Source: a virus
Lineage: Duplodnaviria > Caudoviricetes
Reading direction: 5' to 3' (one strand)
Length of the DNA: 64,000 nucleotides
Virus record (IMG/VR): IMGVR_UViG_3300003375_000001
Span: 64,001 to 128,000 of that record
Part shown: in pieces, positions 8,836 to 19,269 of the stretch
How positions within the stretch are numbered: the first letter of the stretch is position 1
Layout: every line of letters starts with the position of its first letter
Position numbers and translations under genes: made by a program
The notes under the pieces: generated by a model
What the model was told of the DNA's origin: nothing
Databases searched by the model: none
The model's input: only the letters and a program-made list of their open reading frames with translations

Positions 8836-9957
8836 ATGTTAGGACTCAGTAACGCGCGTCTTATAGCGAAGGCTGTTCAATATCATAACGGTAAGGTAGA
8901 TGAGTACGTACCAAAGAAACAGTCTTTGCTATCTCGCGTGGCAGAGACGTTAGGCGTGAACCCTACACTACTTGCGGGCGGTGCTGTGACCATGGTTGTT
9001 GGTGCTGTAGGCGCTGCGGTATACGCGCTTATGCATGCGCACAAGGACTCTATAGACGATATGGCCGAGACTATAGAGAAGGACAACGATACCAAACTAG
9101 CGACATCGCCAACATCAGGCCCCGTTTCGGTATCACCTGCAGTACTTAACGCCTCTGCTCCTGTGCAACAGCCTGCAGTGCAAGCTACGACAGACAGCCA
9201 GCCCTTATCGTTAGCTCCACACAAAGGAGCCTCTATAACTGGAGCCTTGACTATTCAATCTGAGGCTCATGGTAACCGTAAGCTTATTACTAATACGGTT
9301 GCTACGAAACGAGGTATTGACACTGCTAGCTACGGTGCCTTTCAAATGACGGGCACTACGCTTAAGGACTACATCGCTAGCTCCAAGTATGGAGCTAAGC
9401 TTAGCGGACTTAAGCCTGGCAGCTCCGCGTTTACTAATAAGTGGGCAGAGCTAACAAATGGCATAGACGGCGATGCATTCATAGAAGATCAAAAGAACTA
9501 CTTGGTAGAAAAGCTTCTCAAGCCCTATGTTATAAAACCGCTTGCAGCTAAAGGAATCAAGTTTGACAGCTTGCCACCACGAACCCAAGAGTTCTTGTTT
9601 TCCGCCGCAGTAAACACTCCGGCTCTAGCCAAGAAGTCTGTAATGACTCTCGGAGAGGGTGCTAGCTCGTCTGACATAGTGATGGCTATCAGCAAGGCTA
9701 GGGCTGATAAGTATTCAGCCAACTCTATAGAACTGAAGACTGGTCTATATAGACGACTTGTAGACGAGGCTGACTACGCTGGGGTTAAGTTAAGCCTTAA
9801 CGATTTTTCTGGACCTGTTCAAGTGGATTTGTCCAAACTTCTAAGCCCACCTGTTAGACTCGCTCAAAACGCAGCTCCTCCCGTCTCTCTAACCACATCT
9901 CCTTTACCACCTCAGACTATATTCAAAACGAAATCAGGCATACTTGCCGTAAGTTAA
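8836..9957 (+). CDS. tail-associated lysozyme-like (muramidase/transglycosylase) protein
   Basis: N-terminal hydrophobic helix; QSE...SYGAFQM...F...W..L...F...Q...L pattern of lysozyme-like fold. Confidence 0.6.
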   Translation: MLGLSNARLIAKAVQYHNGKVDEYVPKKQSLLSRVAETLGVNPTLLAGGAVTMVVGAVGAAVYALMHAHKDSIDDMAETIEKDNDTKLATSPTSGPVSVSPAVLNASAPVQQPAVQATTDSQPLSLAPHKGASITGALTIQSEAHGNRKLITNTVATKRGIDTASYGAFQMTGTTLKDYIASSKYGAKLSGLKPGSSAFTNKWAELTNGIDGDAFIEDQKNYLVEKLLKPYVIKPLAAKGIKFDSLPPRTQEFLFSAAVNTPALAKKSVMTLGEGASSSDIVMAISKARADKYSANSIELKTGLYRRLVDEADYAGVKLSLNDFSGPVQVDLSKLLSPPVRLAQNAAPPVSLTTSPLPPQTIFKTKSGILAVS

Positions 9958-9967
9958 AGGTAACACC

Positions 9968-10987
9968 ATGTCTTTAGATAGCATACTGACGCAGGCGGCA
10001 AACGCGCTAGGCGCGTCTATAGGTGCAGCCGTTAGCCCTACCACTGCGGCAACTACTACCATGCCGCCAGACTTGTCTACCAACCAGACTCTAAAAGGCA
10101 TACTCAAAACCAAGTCTCTTCTGCCAGAATACGCTTGCTTTGTAGTTTGCAATGATAGAAAGATATACGTTGCGGCGGCCTTGCCTGATCAGTTTACACT
10201 AGGCTCTAGCGCAGAATATGACAGGCCCTTTGCTGATACTTTGCCTAACAAGGCTAGTATGATTGGAGGTATTCCAAAACTAATTGGGATGCAGCCTCTA
10301 GTTCAGGCCTTGACTGCTCGCTTTTGGTCGGGGTCGTCTTCCGGAAGCATTCGTTTACCTATAGTACTTCAAGCTCAGACTAATGAGGTCAACGATGTTC
10401 TAAAGCCGTTCGCTGACCTCATGACTCTTATGCTGCCTTCGGCTCCTAATGGCCTGGGTTCTATCCTTAGAAGCCCTGGTCCAAGCTTTAGTGTTACCAA
10501 AGCTGTTCAAGCTGGTAACAGTCTTGTTCGTAAGGTCGCTCAAGGTGCTAGCGACGCTGCAAGCTCTTTTTCCTTGCCTAGCCTATCGAGTCTAACAAGC
10601 GTAAAGGACACGGTGTCTAGTCTGATAGGAGGCCTTAACGACAACAAAACTGTGGCCCAAATAACATCAGGTATATCGTCCATAGAGTCTGCTTCCACGT
10701 CGGCTTTCAATACCCTGGACTCAGCTATCAAGAATAAGATATCTATTCAGATAGGCCGGTACATGATTTTTGACAACGTGGTAATCCGCAACGTGTCTAG
10801 CACTCACAAGGTTCAGCCAGTTGGCGGTCTATACGGATCATCGACGGGTAACATGCAGAGGATTGACGTTGAGCTAGAATTCGAGCCTTTCTTCGACTTG
10901 ACCATTCAGAGCCTTCAGTCTATTTTTCTGGATCAGACTCTTAGGGACTATATGACCTCACAATTAAAGAACGCGTCAGGAGTATAG
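9968..10987 (+). CDS. baseplate/tube-junction protein (gp48-like)
   Basis: LPDQFT....AEY, FWSG...., I.IQIGRY..FDNVVI..V....., ..VELEF pattern; position in module. Confidence 0.55.
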   Translation: MSLDSILTQAANALGASIGAAVSPTTAATTTMPPDLSTNQTLKGILKTKSLLPEYACFVVCNDRKIYVAAALPDQFTLGSSAEYDRPFADTLPNKASMIGGIPKLIGMQPLVQALTARFWSGSSSGSIRLPIVLQAQTNEVNDVLKPFADLMTLMLPSAPNGLGSILRSPGPSFSVTKAVQAGNSLVRKVAQGASDAASSFSLPSLSSLTSVKDTVSSLIGGLNDNKTVAQITSGISSIESASTSAFNTLDSAIKNKISIQIGRYMIFDNVVIRNVSSTHKVQPVGGLYGSSTGNMQRIDVELEFEPFFDLTIQSLQSIFLDQTLRDYMTSQLKNASGV

Positions 10988-10991
10988 TAGC

Positions 10992-11336
10992 ATGTCTGTT
11001 TACGCAATTGAAAATTTTCACACGCTTGAGACTTCAGGTGTTCCTGATATATTCTCTGCTCAGTATGCTAACATGAGGTTTGAAGTACCGCGGTCAGAAT
11101 ACGTTGTAGTAGACGCTCAATGGCAAGCCAATCTTCCAGGGTTAGCCGCAGCAAAACTAGGTAGCCAGTACTTATGGTGGGTCCTACTAATGTATAACGG
11201 CCTGGACGACAGCGTTAACGATGTTGTCCCCGGCGTTAAACTAGCAATACCTGACCCTCAAGCTCTGCTTACTTATCTAAGGCAAGCGCCTGCTGTTAGC
11301 AACGTAGGTCTGAACCTTGGATCAACTGTCTTGTAA
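10992..11336 (+). CDS. baseplate wedge protein gp53-like (LysM)
   Basis: LPGLAA..LGSQYLWWVLLMYNGL.D....V.PG..L.IP motif. Confidence 0.85.
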   Translation: MSVYAIENFHTLETSGVPDIFSAQYANMRFEVPRSEYVVVDAQWQANLPGLAAAKLGSQYLWWVLLMYNGLDDSVNDVVPGVKLAIPDPQALLTYLRQAPAVSNVGLNLGSTVL

Positions 11337-11341
11337 CCATA

Positions 11342-13267
11342 ATGGCTTACGAACTTGAAAACGGCGTACGTGTTGCCATATACTTTGCTGATCAAGAATT
11401 CGATTTTAGCAAAGGCAACATACTAAACTTTTTGCACATGGCCGAGTCCACGCGCTTGGGTGTGCCTATGATTCACCTTAGCCTAACGGACACCTCAGGC
11501 TGGTTTACTGACAACCCTGTGTTAGGTGATGGCATTGTAATTCGTGTAGACATAACACGTAACTCCGGCGACAACTCAAACAACACCGTTACTGAGTTCG
11601 CGTTGAACTTTTTTAATGAGACAGCCACTACAGCTGGTAAGGTATACAAGATAGACGGTTACTATAATGTACCTATCTACTGGGCTGCTTCAACTTCAAC
11701 GCCTGTTAAGGGAACAGCCTACGACGTGCTATCCAAGATATGCGATGCCACAGAACTTACCTTAGACGCGCAAGGCACTAACGATAGCCAGATATGGTAT
11801 CCTAGAAATGAGCCTTTCTACAAATTTGCCAAGAGGGTAACAAGCTATGGATACGTCTCAGACAATTCGTGCCTATCTATGGCTGTTAGTATGGACGGTT
11901 ATCTTTACCTCCGGGACATTTCCCAGATGGATGACCAGGCGTATGACTTTGGTCTGTATGACTTTACTAATCCTGACGTGTTTACTGTGGTTGGATACAA
12001 GCCGTTTGTGGCTTCAGGCGCCTTCAACCAACTTGGAGGGTACAGCTTCGAGTCTGTAGAACAGAGTATGGCGAAGGCCGACACCCGTGTCTTCACTTCT
12101 GTCCAGTTTAAGGCTAACGAATCCGGGTCTCTGATGGTTAACAACGATATAAGAGACAAGCTTCCTCAAAGCCGTGTTGCTTACGCGCCTATAGATGTAG
12201 GCAACACGCACGATGAATTTCAGAGAGCCTATTACCAAAATCAGCGTGTTGCTAACCTGTTCACGTCCGGCCTTGAGATACTTACTGACTCCATGACGGA
12301 TGTATCCGTGTTAAGTACAGTAAGGTTTAATACACCACAGGAAATAAATTCTACTGTGGTAGGCATAGACACGTACTCAGGTACTTATAGAGTAACGTCA
12401 AAGACCATCTATATTAGAAACGCAAGGTACGTAGAAAAGTTTGAGCTGGTTAGACGTACTCTAAACACCCTGGTACCTTCTGCTACTACTGGAGATGCCG
12501 CAGGGGCTCAACTAAACATACCTATCGAGTTCAAGGTACCCTCTCTATCTAACTTCTCTGTACTGGACGCTATATCTCTAGTAGGATCTATATCTAACGG
12601 TCTTCCTGACAGTCTTTCCAGTGCCGTTGACTCAGCCGAGTCAACGCTATCAGGATTGGCGTCCTCTGCTGCATCCGCTGTGTCTGGCCCTATGTCAGCT
12701 CTTACTTCTCTAACCTCTTCGGTAAGTGCATCCATGGCGTCGATTAACACCTCAGCGTTAGCGTCTATTTCCGCGGCCAAAGCAGCAAATTTGGCTGCAC
12801 ATACCGCATGGGTTGCCGCGGGGAGTATACCTCCAGCTCCTGTTGGGGTAGACCTCGTAGCGTTAGCCACTTCAGCCAGTGCGTCTATCGCAGGTGTTCT
12901 AAGTGCTTCAGCGTCAGCCATAGCTATACAACAGAATAGAGCTATCAGTGTAGGCGGTATCAAGCAAGCCCTTAGTTCTAAGCTAGACGGTCTAACCTCT
13001 CAGCTTACCAGTAGTTGTGAAGCTGCGGCCACTGAAATGACAGGGCTTATGGACTCTATAGCCGACACTACTATTGCTTCCTTACACACATCTTTTGGGT
13101 CTGTCGTAAGTAGCGCGTCTTCTGCGGAAGCGTCTGTGTCCTCTGAGGTAACTAGTGCGCAGTCTGCGTTGTCTAGTGCTATCTCTCAGGCTTCCAGTGC
13201 TATGACTACCCTTAACACAGCCAGTTCCAACTATGCTTCACAACTAATGACGGCGGCTACAACATGA
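11342..13267 (+). CDS. baseplate hub protein (gp27/gp44-like) with long Ser/Ala-rich C-terminal extension
   Basis: ES....P...L...D, D.Q.W....E....F..R, G.Y.V....; position between gp53-like and spike genes. Confidence 0.7.
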   Translation: MAYELENGVRVAIYFADQEFDFSKGNILNFLHMAESTRLGVPMIHLSLTDTSGWFTDNPVLGDGIVIRVDITRNSGDNSNNTVTEFALNFFNETATTAGKVYKIDGYYNVPIYWAASTSTPVKGTAYDVLSKICDATELTLDAQGTNDSQIWYPRNEPFYKFAKRVTSYGYVSDNSCLSMAVSMDGYLYLRDISQMDDQAYDFGLYDFTNPDVFTVVGYKPFVASGAFNQLGGYSFESVEQSMAKADTRVFTSVQFKANESGSLMVNNDIRDKLPQSRVAYAPIDVGNTHDEFQRAYYQNQRVANLFTSGLEILTDSMTDVSVLSTVRFNTPQEINSTVVGIDTYSGTYRVTSKTIYIRNARYVEKFELVRRTLNTLVPSATTGDAAGAQLNIPIEFKVPSLSNFSVLDAISLVGSISNGLPDSLSSAVDSAESTLSGLASSAASAVSGPMSALTSLTSSVSASMASINTSALASISAAKAANLAAHTAWVAAGSIPPAPVGVDLVALATSASASIAGVLSASASAIAIQQNRAISVGGIKQALSSKLDGLTSQLTSSCEAAATEMTGLMDSIADTTIASLHTSFGSVVSSASSAEASVSSEVTSAQSALSSAISQASSAMTTLNTASSNYASQLMTAATT

Positions 13268-14058
13268 GTGTACTAGGACTAAGTCAACAGTCGGAAGACG
13301 GCTACGATAGGTATCTTACCGGTAAGGTAGTTGATAACAATGACCCTGAAATGCTTCAGAGAGTTAGAGTCGTCATCCCGCGTTTATTTAGCGACGACGT
13401 CCCCGTAGACCTGTTACCGTGGATAGGTCCTAGGAATCGTAGCTTCTTTGGGATAGGCGATAACTACGGAACTATTAGCATACCTGTCATAGGCTCTAGA
13501 GTAGCAGTCTACTTACAGAATGGACAAGCAGAGTATGGACTAGTTGATCACGACTTGATCAACACACAGTTTACTCTTCCTGAAGAATTTCAGACTAACT
13601 ATCCTAATCGAGTTGGCCTGAAGACGCCAACGGGAGATGTCTTCTACTACGAGGTTAACACCGGCCAGTGGTTCTTCCGTCATAACAAGGGGACATCTAT
13701 TCGTGTAGACGCCGATGGCAATGTATTCAAGTCGGTAGCTGGAAACTACACCGAATACGTGAAAGGTAACTATACTAGGGTTGTTGAAGGTGACAACATA
13801 GAAACGGTAAAAGGTAACTCTACCCTATCATATGGAAGCACTGTTCTAAGTGTAAAAGGCTCATACGGGGTAACAGTCTCATCCGACTTTTCTAACCTGG
13901 TCTCGGGGTCTACTACAACATCTACCTCTTCTTGGACACACTCTGGGCTATTAAAGTCGTCTGATGACATAATAGCGGTTAGTACCAGCTTGATGAACCA
14001 TCAGCATGAGTATGACGACGCTGGTAACCCAAATATCACAAACATACCTAATGCTTGA
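13264..14058 (+). CDS. central baseplate spike (gp5/gpV-like, OB fold plus beta-helix)
   Basis: G.VVDNNDPE.L.RVRV.IP, W, P.IGS.V.V; V.GN repeats; terminal HQH metal-binding tip motif. Confidence 0.9.
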   Translation: MSVLGLSQQSEDGYDRYLTGKVVDNNDPEMLQRVRVVIPRLFSDDVPVDLLPWIGPRNRSFFGIGDNYGTISIPVIGSRVAVYLQNGQAEYGLVDHDLINTQFTLPEEFQTNYPNRVGLKTPTGDVFYYEVNTGQWFFRHNKGTSIRVDADGNVFKSVAGNYTEYVKGNYTRVVEGDNIETVKGNSTLSYGSTVLSVKGSYGVTVSSDFSNLVSGSTTTSTSSWTHSGLLKSSDDIIAVSTSLMNHQHEYDDAGNPNITNIPNA

Positions 14059-14066
14059 GGTAAATC

Positions 14067-14498
14067 ATGAGTCAAATAGACAATGTAGATCAGTTTAACC
14101 TCCTGACGCCGGCCAAACGAATATCCAACGCCACTTTCCTTGATGTAAATCCTCTTCCTAACCCCGGGTCTACGGAACTTCTTATAGACGCTGCCGCTGT
14201 TCTCGCGTCTATCCGCAATTTGATAAAGAGCTTCAACGGTACCCGAGGTCGTATATTCACGCCTGACTATTTCAGCGGTTTATACGAGTTGCTACAGGAA
14301 CCCTTTGACGACATAACTTCTACGAAGATGTCCATAGCTTTATACCAAAGCTTGTCCAAGTGGGAGCCTAGAGTGACTTGGGTGCCAGCGGATGTTAGTG
14401 TGTCTCCTAACTACCTAAACGTTGGCTATGACATAAGCCTTAACATAAACATTGACGGCACACTGGTTAACCACACCTTCTTACTTCCTAAGTCATGA
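14067..14498 (+). CDS. baseplate wedge protein gp25-like
   Basis: SIRNLI....G.R.F.PDY.S.L..LL.EP, L.KWEPRV. Confidence 0.9.
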   Translation: MSQIDNVDQFNLLTPAKRISNATFLDVNPLPNPGSTELLIDAAAVLASIRNLIKSFNGTRGRIFTPDYFSGLYELLQEPFDDITSTKMSIALYQSLSKWEPRVTWVPADVSVSPNYLNVGYDISLNINIDGTLVNHTFLLPKS

Positions 14499-14932
14499 AC
14501 ACAAAAACGTTTATAGTAGCTCAATGGTTAACCACGTTTTCATTAGCAGTGGTTCATGAAGTATGTCTTAGTTGTGGCATAACGCCTTCAGTTAGACCAG
14601 GGTACGGTTGCTACATACAGTCTTATAGCGCCTTAGGTAATAGAGAGTTCAATGAAATAGGATCTAACCTAGCCGTATACATAACCGGTGCTTATTTACA
14701 TCCGAATGGTTCTCTAGGCTTAATTATAGAGTCGAGAGGCCTAAGAGAACGAACAACACAGAGAGACCTAAGCGCAGTGTTCAAGGACTTGGAGGACGAG
14801 ATCCTTGTAACCTCTCAGGCTTCCGTAGCCTCTGTTGCTAGGCTTGAAAACAGACTTCGTAAGAAACCAATACTTGTCACGCTAACTGACGAGGTAATAC
14901 TTGAAACGGTGGAACAAAATGGCAAGCATTGA
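14495..14932 (+). CDS. hypothetical protein
   Basis: ATGA-coupled 145 aa ORF between gp25-like and gp6-like genes. Confidence 0.55.
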   Translation: MNTKTFIVAQWLTTFSLAVVHEVCLSCGITPSVRPGYGCYIQSYSALGNREFNEIGSNLAVYITGAYLHPNGSLGLIIESRGLRERTTQRDLSAVFKDLEDEILVTSQASVASVARLENRLRKKPILVTLTDEVILETVEQNGKH

Positions 14933-16664
14933 GTTACCAGTAACAGCTATAGACTTCGAGTCTATAAAGACGGCCCTCGGCAACAACCTAGGCAACTACA
15001 GCTCTTGGAAAGGATACCTGACCACGCAGACAGGCACTACTATCCTAGACTTTACGTCTGCTGTAGGCTCGTCCGCAGCCGTAAAGGGTCTAAGGTATTT
15101 TCAAGAAGCCTTTACTGATACCGCCACTTCAGACCGTGGCATATATTCCATAGCTGACATGCAGGGGGTGCGCCTCGCACGAAAGCTACCTGCTGTGATG
15201 CCTGTTCAGGTGTCTTACACCGCTCCTAGTTCTACGTCACCTCAGACTGTAGCTCTACCTAGGTTCTCTCAGTTTCAAGGCGGAGGCACTTACTGGTATA
15301 CACGAGACGCCATTACCGTGGCAACTGGAGCTACAGTAACGGTCAACATGTATCAAGGATATACCGTTCTGGTAACTACTTCAGGCTTAGGCTCAGACAA
15401 TCAGACGTTTCAGTCTAATGAAGCCGGCTTCGTGGTAGCTGACCAAGACGTTTATGTATTCGTTAACTCTACAGAACTAACCCGTGTCCCCTCAGGTCTT
15501 TGGAACTATAAAGGTGTGTCTGCTTTTGTAGATAGGACTTCTCCGACGGGGCAGCTCCTCATTCAATTCGGTAATGACTACTACGGGGCGAAACCTACTG
15601 CTTCTGACAGCGTAAACATTGTATACGCCATTACGTCTGGCGCTGATGCTAATAGCCTCAGTATGCTAACAGCTCGCATATCTCAAGTGACAGGCCAAGT
15701 GTCGGGCCTGTCTTTCTCTGCTTTAGCTAACCCCGCAGGCGGTGCAAACGAAGTTAGCCCCGCTCAGTTAAAGCATACTGGTGCAATTAGCTATGGTACG
15801 TTTAACTCTGCTGTAACCAAAAATCAATACGGTGAAGTAGCACTTACTTACCCCGGTGTTGTAGACGCTATAACCTTTGCACAGAGAGACATAGATCCTA
15901 CCAACGTTCACCTCATGAACGTTATTCAGGTAGTCCTGTTAACGTCTACTACTTGGACTACTGCTCAACAGGCTGCTTACATAGCGTATCTTCAGTCTTC
16001 AACCATGTATGCGCCGTACTTCAATCTTAGCTGGGGTACACCTAATAACGTTACCATTTCAGGTAAGCTGCACTGTTTCAACACTGCAAACCTTAGTCAG
16101 AGTTTGGCAGATGCTACTACCGCTCTGCAAAACCTTTACGCCTTGAAAGCGGGCAGTTTAAGCTATGACATAACTATAAATGACATCCATACTGTGGTAA
16201 AGGCTGCCAACACGGGGATAGACTGGCTTGAGCTTTACACGCCTACCACGGACTCCATAGTAAGCTCTACTCCCCTAGACGCACCTGCACTAAGTATACC
16301 AGTTACCGTTGGGGCACTGGCTCCAAATACCTATTCATACGCCATAGCCGTAGTTATGCCTAATGGTGTAATCGCACCAAAAAATTGGGCTACCATAACG
16401 ACTACAGGTTTAACGTCTTCCATCGAAGTAGACTGGAAGCCCTATCCTGGCGCTTTGTCTTATGAAGTATATGGCCGTCAGGGATCCGCAGGCTACGGGC
16501 TACTTACAACTGTTAGTGCGTCTACTCTTACTTGGACAGACACGGGGAGTGTAGCACCAACTACATTACCACCAACGTCAAACACAACACCCATTCAGTA
16601 CAACAACCTGGTAAGTATTTCACTAACGCCTGCCTACACGACGCGCGTTACCCGGGGGTCTTGA
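14919..16664 (+). CDS. baseplate wedge protein gp6 / baseplate J-like with FN3-like domain
   Basis: DFESIK..L, EAF.DTA......A...G, I.FG....G..P, GGA.E, AVT..Y.......PGV; ATG 14919 with GGA RBS. Confidence 0.88.
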   Translation: MASIELPVTAIDFESIKTALGNNLGNYSSWKGYLTTQTGTTILDFTSAVGSSAAVKGLRYFQEAFTDTATSDRGIYSIADMQGVRLARKLPAVMPVQVSYTAPSSTSPQTVALPRFSQFQGGGTYWYTRDAITVATGATVTVNMYQGYTVLVTTSGLGSDNQTFQSNEAGFVVADQDVYVFVNSTELTRVPSGLWNYKGVSAFVDRTSPTGQLLIQFGNDYYGAKPTASDSVNIVYAITSGADANSLSMLTARISQVTGQVSGLSFSALANPAGGANEVSPAQLKHTGAISYGTFNSAVTKNQYGEVALTYPGVVDAITFAQRDIDPTNVHLMNVIQVVLLTSTTWTTAQQAAYIAYLQSSTMYAPYFNLSWGTPNNVTISGKLHCFNTANLSQSLADATTALQNLYALKAGSLSYDITINDIHTVVKAANTGIDWLELYTPTTDSIVSSTPLDAPALSIPVTVGALAPNTYSYAIAVVMPNGVIAPKNWATITTTGLTSSIEVDWKPYPGALSYEVYGRQGSAGYGLLTTVSASTLTWTDTGSVAPTTLPPTSNTTPIQYNNLVSISLTPAYTTRVTRGS

Positions 16665-17401
16665 TGAACTATTCAATTCTGTGGCCTTCTTACATGGGGC
16701 ACGCGGTATGGCAGGACTTAGGCTCTGCTATTGACGCCACCTTTGCTCCAACTGTAGACGTTATTCACACGGCTCTAAAGTGGGTTAGAACTACCTACAT
16801 ACCGTCTGACGCTACTATAGCCAGCACGCAGTTTCAGCAGCTAATAGACTTTAGTTCCTGGACCACTTACGACCAGACTGTAGATATTCAGCGCCTGAAC
16901 TTTTTAGGTCTCAACATATCTGAGCCCGATATCTTGAGACCGGAGGACACGTCTAGGTTCATTCAAAACATAGGCTCGTACTGGTTTGAAAAAGGCAAAG
17001 CTAGCTTCATTGACTTTCTAGGCTTCTGCCTTAATGTCAACGTAACAGTCACTAAGCTGTGGACAGAAGATTACGTAAACTTTGTGCCTGAAGGTGACCC
17101 CAGCATAGGGACTACCGTGCTAAACGGTGGAACCTGGTATCCAACAACTCATGTTCGCCTTTTGTACGACAACTCTAACTTTGCTGGCACGCCTGTCACC
17201 AAAGTGGTTAAGCTATTCTACGACATCTGTCCCTACAACCTTGTTATAGAATCAGTGTATAGCTCTCAGAACTTGGCAGTTATAAGGACAGATCAGGTGC
17301 CAGTTTCAGTTCCACAAGCAGCACCCATCATTTTTACGGGTAACATAACCCATAGCATTCAGATTATACCCTCGCTTATAGCGCCAACACCCTCAGCCTA
17401 G
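16664..17401 (+). CDS. baseplate wedge protein gp7 / tail protein I-like
   Basis: TGATG overlap start at 16664; L...., ....KG...FI.F, position after gp6-like gene. Confidence 0.65.
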   Translation: MNYSILWPSYMGHAVWQDLGSAIDATFAPTVDVIHTALKWVRTTYIPSDATIASTQFQQLIDFSSWTTYDQTVDIQRLNFLGLNISEPDILRPEDTSRFIQNIGSYWFEKGKASFIDFLGFCLNVNVTVTKLWTEDYVNFVPEGDPSIGTTVLNGGTWYPTTHVRLLYDNSNFAGTPVTKVVKLFYDICPYNLVIESVYSSQNLAVIRTDQVPVSVPQAAPIIFTGNITHSIQIIPSLIAPTPSA

Positions 17402-17410
17402 GACTAACCG

Positions 17411-19264
17411 ATGACAACACCTACAGCCTTTTATCTTGTTGGAGACGGCGTTAACCTTATAAACAACGCCGCAACTGGAATACCTACAATCCGAATATCT
17501 CAGTTCAAGCTGGGTAGTCAGGTTAACTATCAGCCGGAGTCTACCGATCATGACATTAGGGGAACTCTCGTATATCAAGGTACTATAACAAGCGTCACCC
17601 AGTTTGATCACGATACCATTAGGGTCACTATTCAACTACCACCAAATGTGGGCCCTTTCAGCTTTGGCGAAGTAGGCCTTTACACAGATGCCGGTGTGCT
17701 AGTTGCCTTGTGCAGCTACCCAGTCTTGCAGAATAAGTTAGAAGTCACCACATCTGGTATTGTTAACCCTTGGACCATCAGTGCTTTAATTCAAGCAACT
17801 CAAGGCACTGGTATATTCTTTCTGTCCAACGCTGTTTCACCTATTGTGCCAGAGTTCCCTGACTTCTCTTACGTGACACAGCCTTCTGGCATGGTCGGAC
17901 AACCTAATGTCATAGTCGTTAGAGAAGGAACGGCTGACGGTCAACCTATAACTCTCGTAGCCAATAGCACAGACTGGTCCCCAATAGACTGGACTCCTAT
18001 CGCTACCGTAGTACCTTCGTTTGTCGATCCCGACTCTCTGTCTTTCCCGGGCATTGATCAGTTGGACGGCAGCACTAGCGGTAGGTATCTTTTGAGCGAT
18101 GGTCTTGGTAACCTTATAACCATTCAGTCAATTTACCTCAGTACGGCTTTACTTCCTAGAATTGTTACCTGGCTATACGTTACTAATTCATATACCTTGT
18201 ATGAAAAGACCTCGTATAGAACTGGTAAATCAGCTATTAGTGTATCAGACGCTAACGGCTTTGTATCCCAGATAAACAAGGTCTGGTCTGCCCCTACAGG
18301 TACCGTTGCTACGGGGCCTTCGCGTTTTGGTATAAACGACAGTGCGCTTCCTTACTACGGATACGGCCAGCCGGCTGTGTCTAACCTAACTGACGTGACC
18401 GACCCCCTTGAGTGGCAGGGGTTTATTGAGGCTCTTACGTCTACGGCCACGCTTCTAGGCCTACCTATCCCCGTTAACCTCACAGGATTTTCTGCTCAAG
18501 CTCTCTCGGCTTACAACAACGAGTACCAACTCGACACCATAAAGTCCCTCCTGTCTCAGATAACCACGAGCAGGCTTCGCATACCTACCAAGAATCTTGA
18601 GTATTCTGCTTTCGTAAATCAGATTCTTGCCACCACTAACAACAATAGAATCCATTACAACGTAACGGCCACGTTCGCTGACCAACCGTCAGAGTACGCT
18701 TACTTTAACTCAGGCGGGTCTATATGCTTCCAGTTAGAAGACGGTATAAGCAACCTACCGGCACAGACTTATACGGAGTACATGACAAGGTCTATACTAA
18801 GTCAGCTAGGCACAATTCGGTTCCATGGATTGGCTTGTGAATCGCTAGGACAACTTAAGGTAAAGGGTCGTAACTCCTTTAGCCTATCACCATCCGGCCC
18901 TTCGTATCGTGGTAATCGTAACCCCGGTATTGGCTACAGCTCAGAGTCATTCCTAGGGTTCTATTCTCTTTCAGTAGGTCAGCGCGCAGAGGTATTTAGT
19001 TACGTGGTACCTCTTGGTACAGATGGAGGCTCAGCCGCAGGCTCTCAGATTCTTGAGATAGGCATATATGCAACTCGTACAACCGCGTCGGTAATTATGC
19101 TAGAATGCTGGGTAAACATACTAGCCTACTCTGACTACGCGGCAGGAAACTTCACGGTGTCTACGCCTAGGCAGACAACAATAACGGTGTATGCTGCGCG
19201 TGCCTCTTCGTCCTACATGTCGGTCAACTACCCTACCCTGGTAGCCGACGCAACTAACTGGTAA
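17411..19264 (+). CDS. tail fibre/collar protein
   Basis: N-terminal G..L...A, FKLGS....P...D..L.G, IP..VGPF.FGEVGLY...G.L.A (P2 gpH/Mu S-like attachment domain). Confidence 0.75.
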   Translation: MTTPTAFYLVGDGVNLINNAATGIPTIRISQFKLGSQVNYQPESTDHDIRGTLVYQGTITSVTQFDHDTIRVTIQLPPNVGPFSFGEVGLYTDAGVLVALCSYPVLQNKLEVTTSGIVNPWTISALIQATQGTGIFFLSNAVSPIVPEFPDFSYVTQPSGMVGQPNVIVVREGTADGQPITLVANSTDWSPIDWTPIATVVPSFVDPDSLSFPGIDQLDGSTSGRYLLSDGLGNLITIQSIYLSTALLPRIVTWLYVTNSYTLYEKTSYRTGKSAISVSDANGFVSQINKVWSAPTGTVATGPSRFGINDSALPYYGYGQPAVSNLTDVTDPLEWQGFIEALTSTATLLGLPIPVNLTGFSAQALSAYNNEYQLDTIKSLLSQITTSRLRIPTKNLEYSAFVNQILATTNNNRIHYNVTATFADQPSEYAYFNSGGSICFQLEDGISNLPAQTYTEYMTRSILSQLGTIRFHGLACESLGQLKVKGRNSFSLSPSGPSYRGNRNPGIGYSSESFLGFYSLSVGQRAEVFSYVVPLGTDGGSAAGSQILEIGIYATRTTASVIMLECWVNILAYSDYAAGNFTVSTPRQTTITVYAARASSSYMSVNYPTLVADATNW

Positions 19265-19269
19265 TTCAA

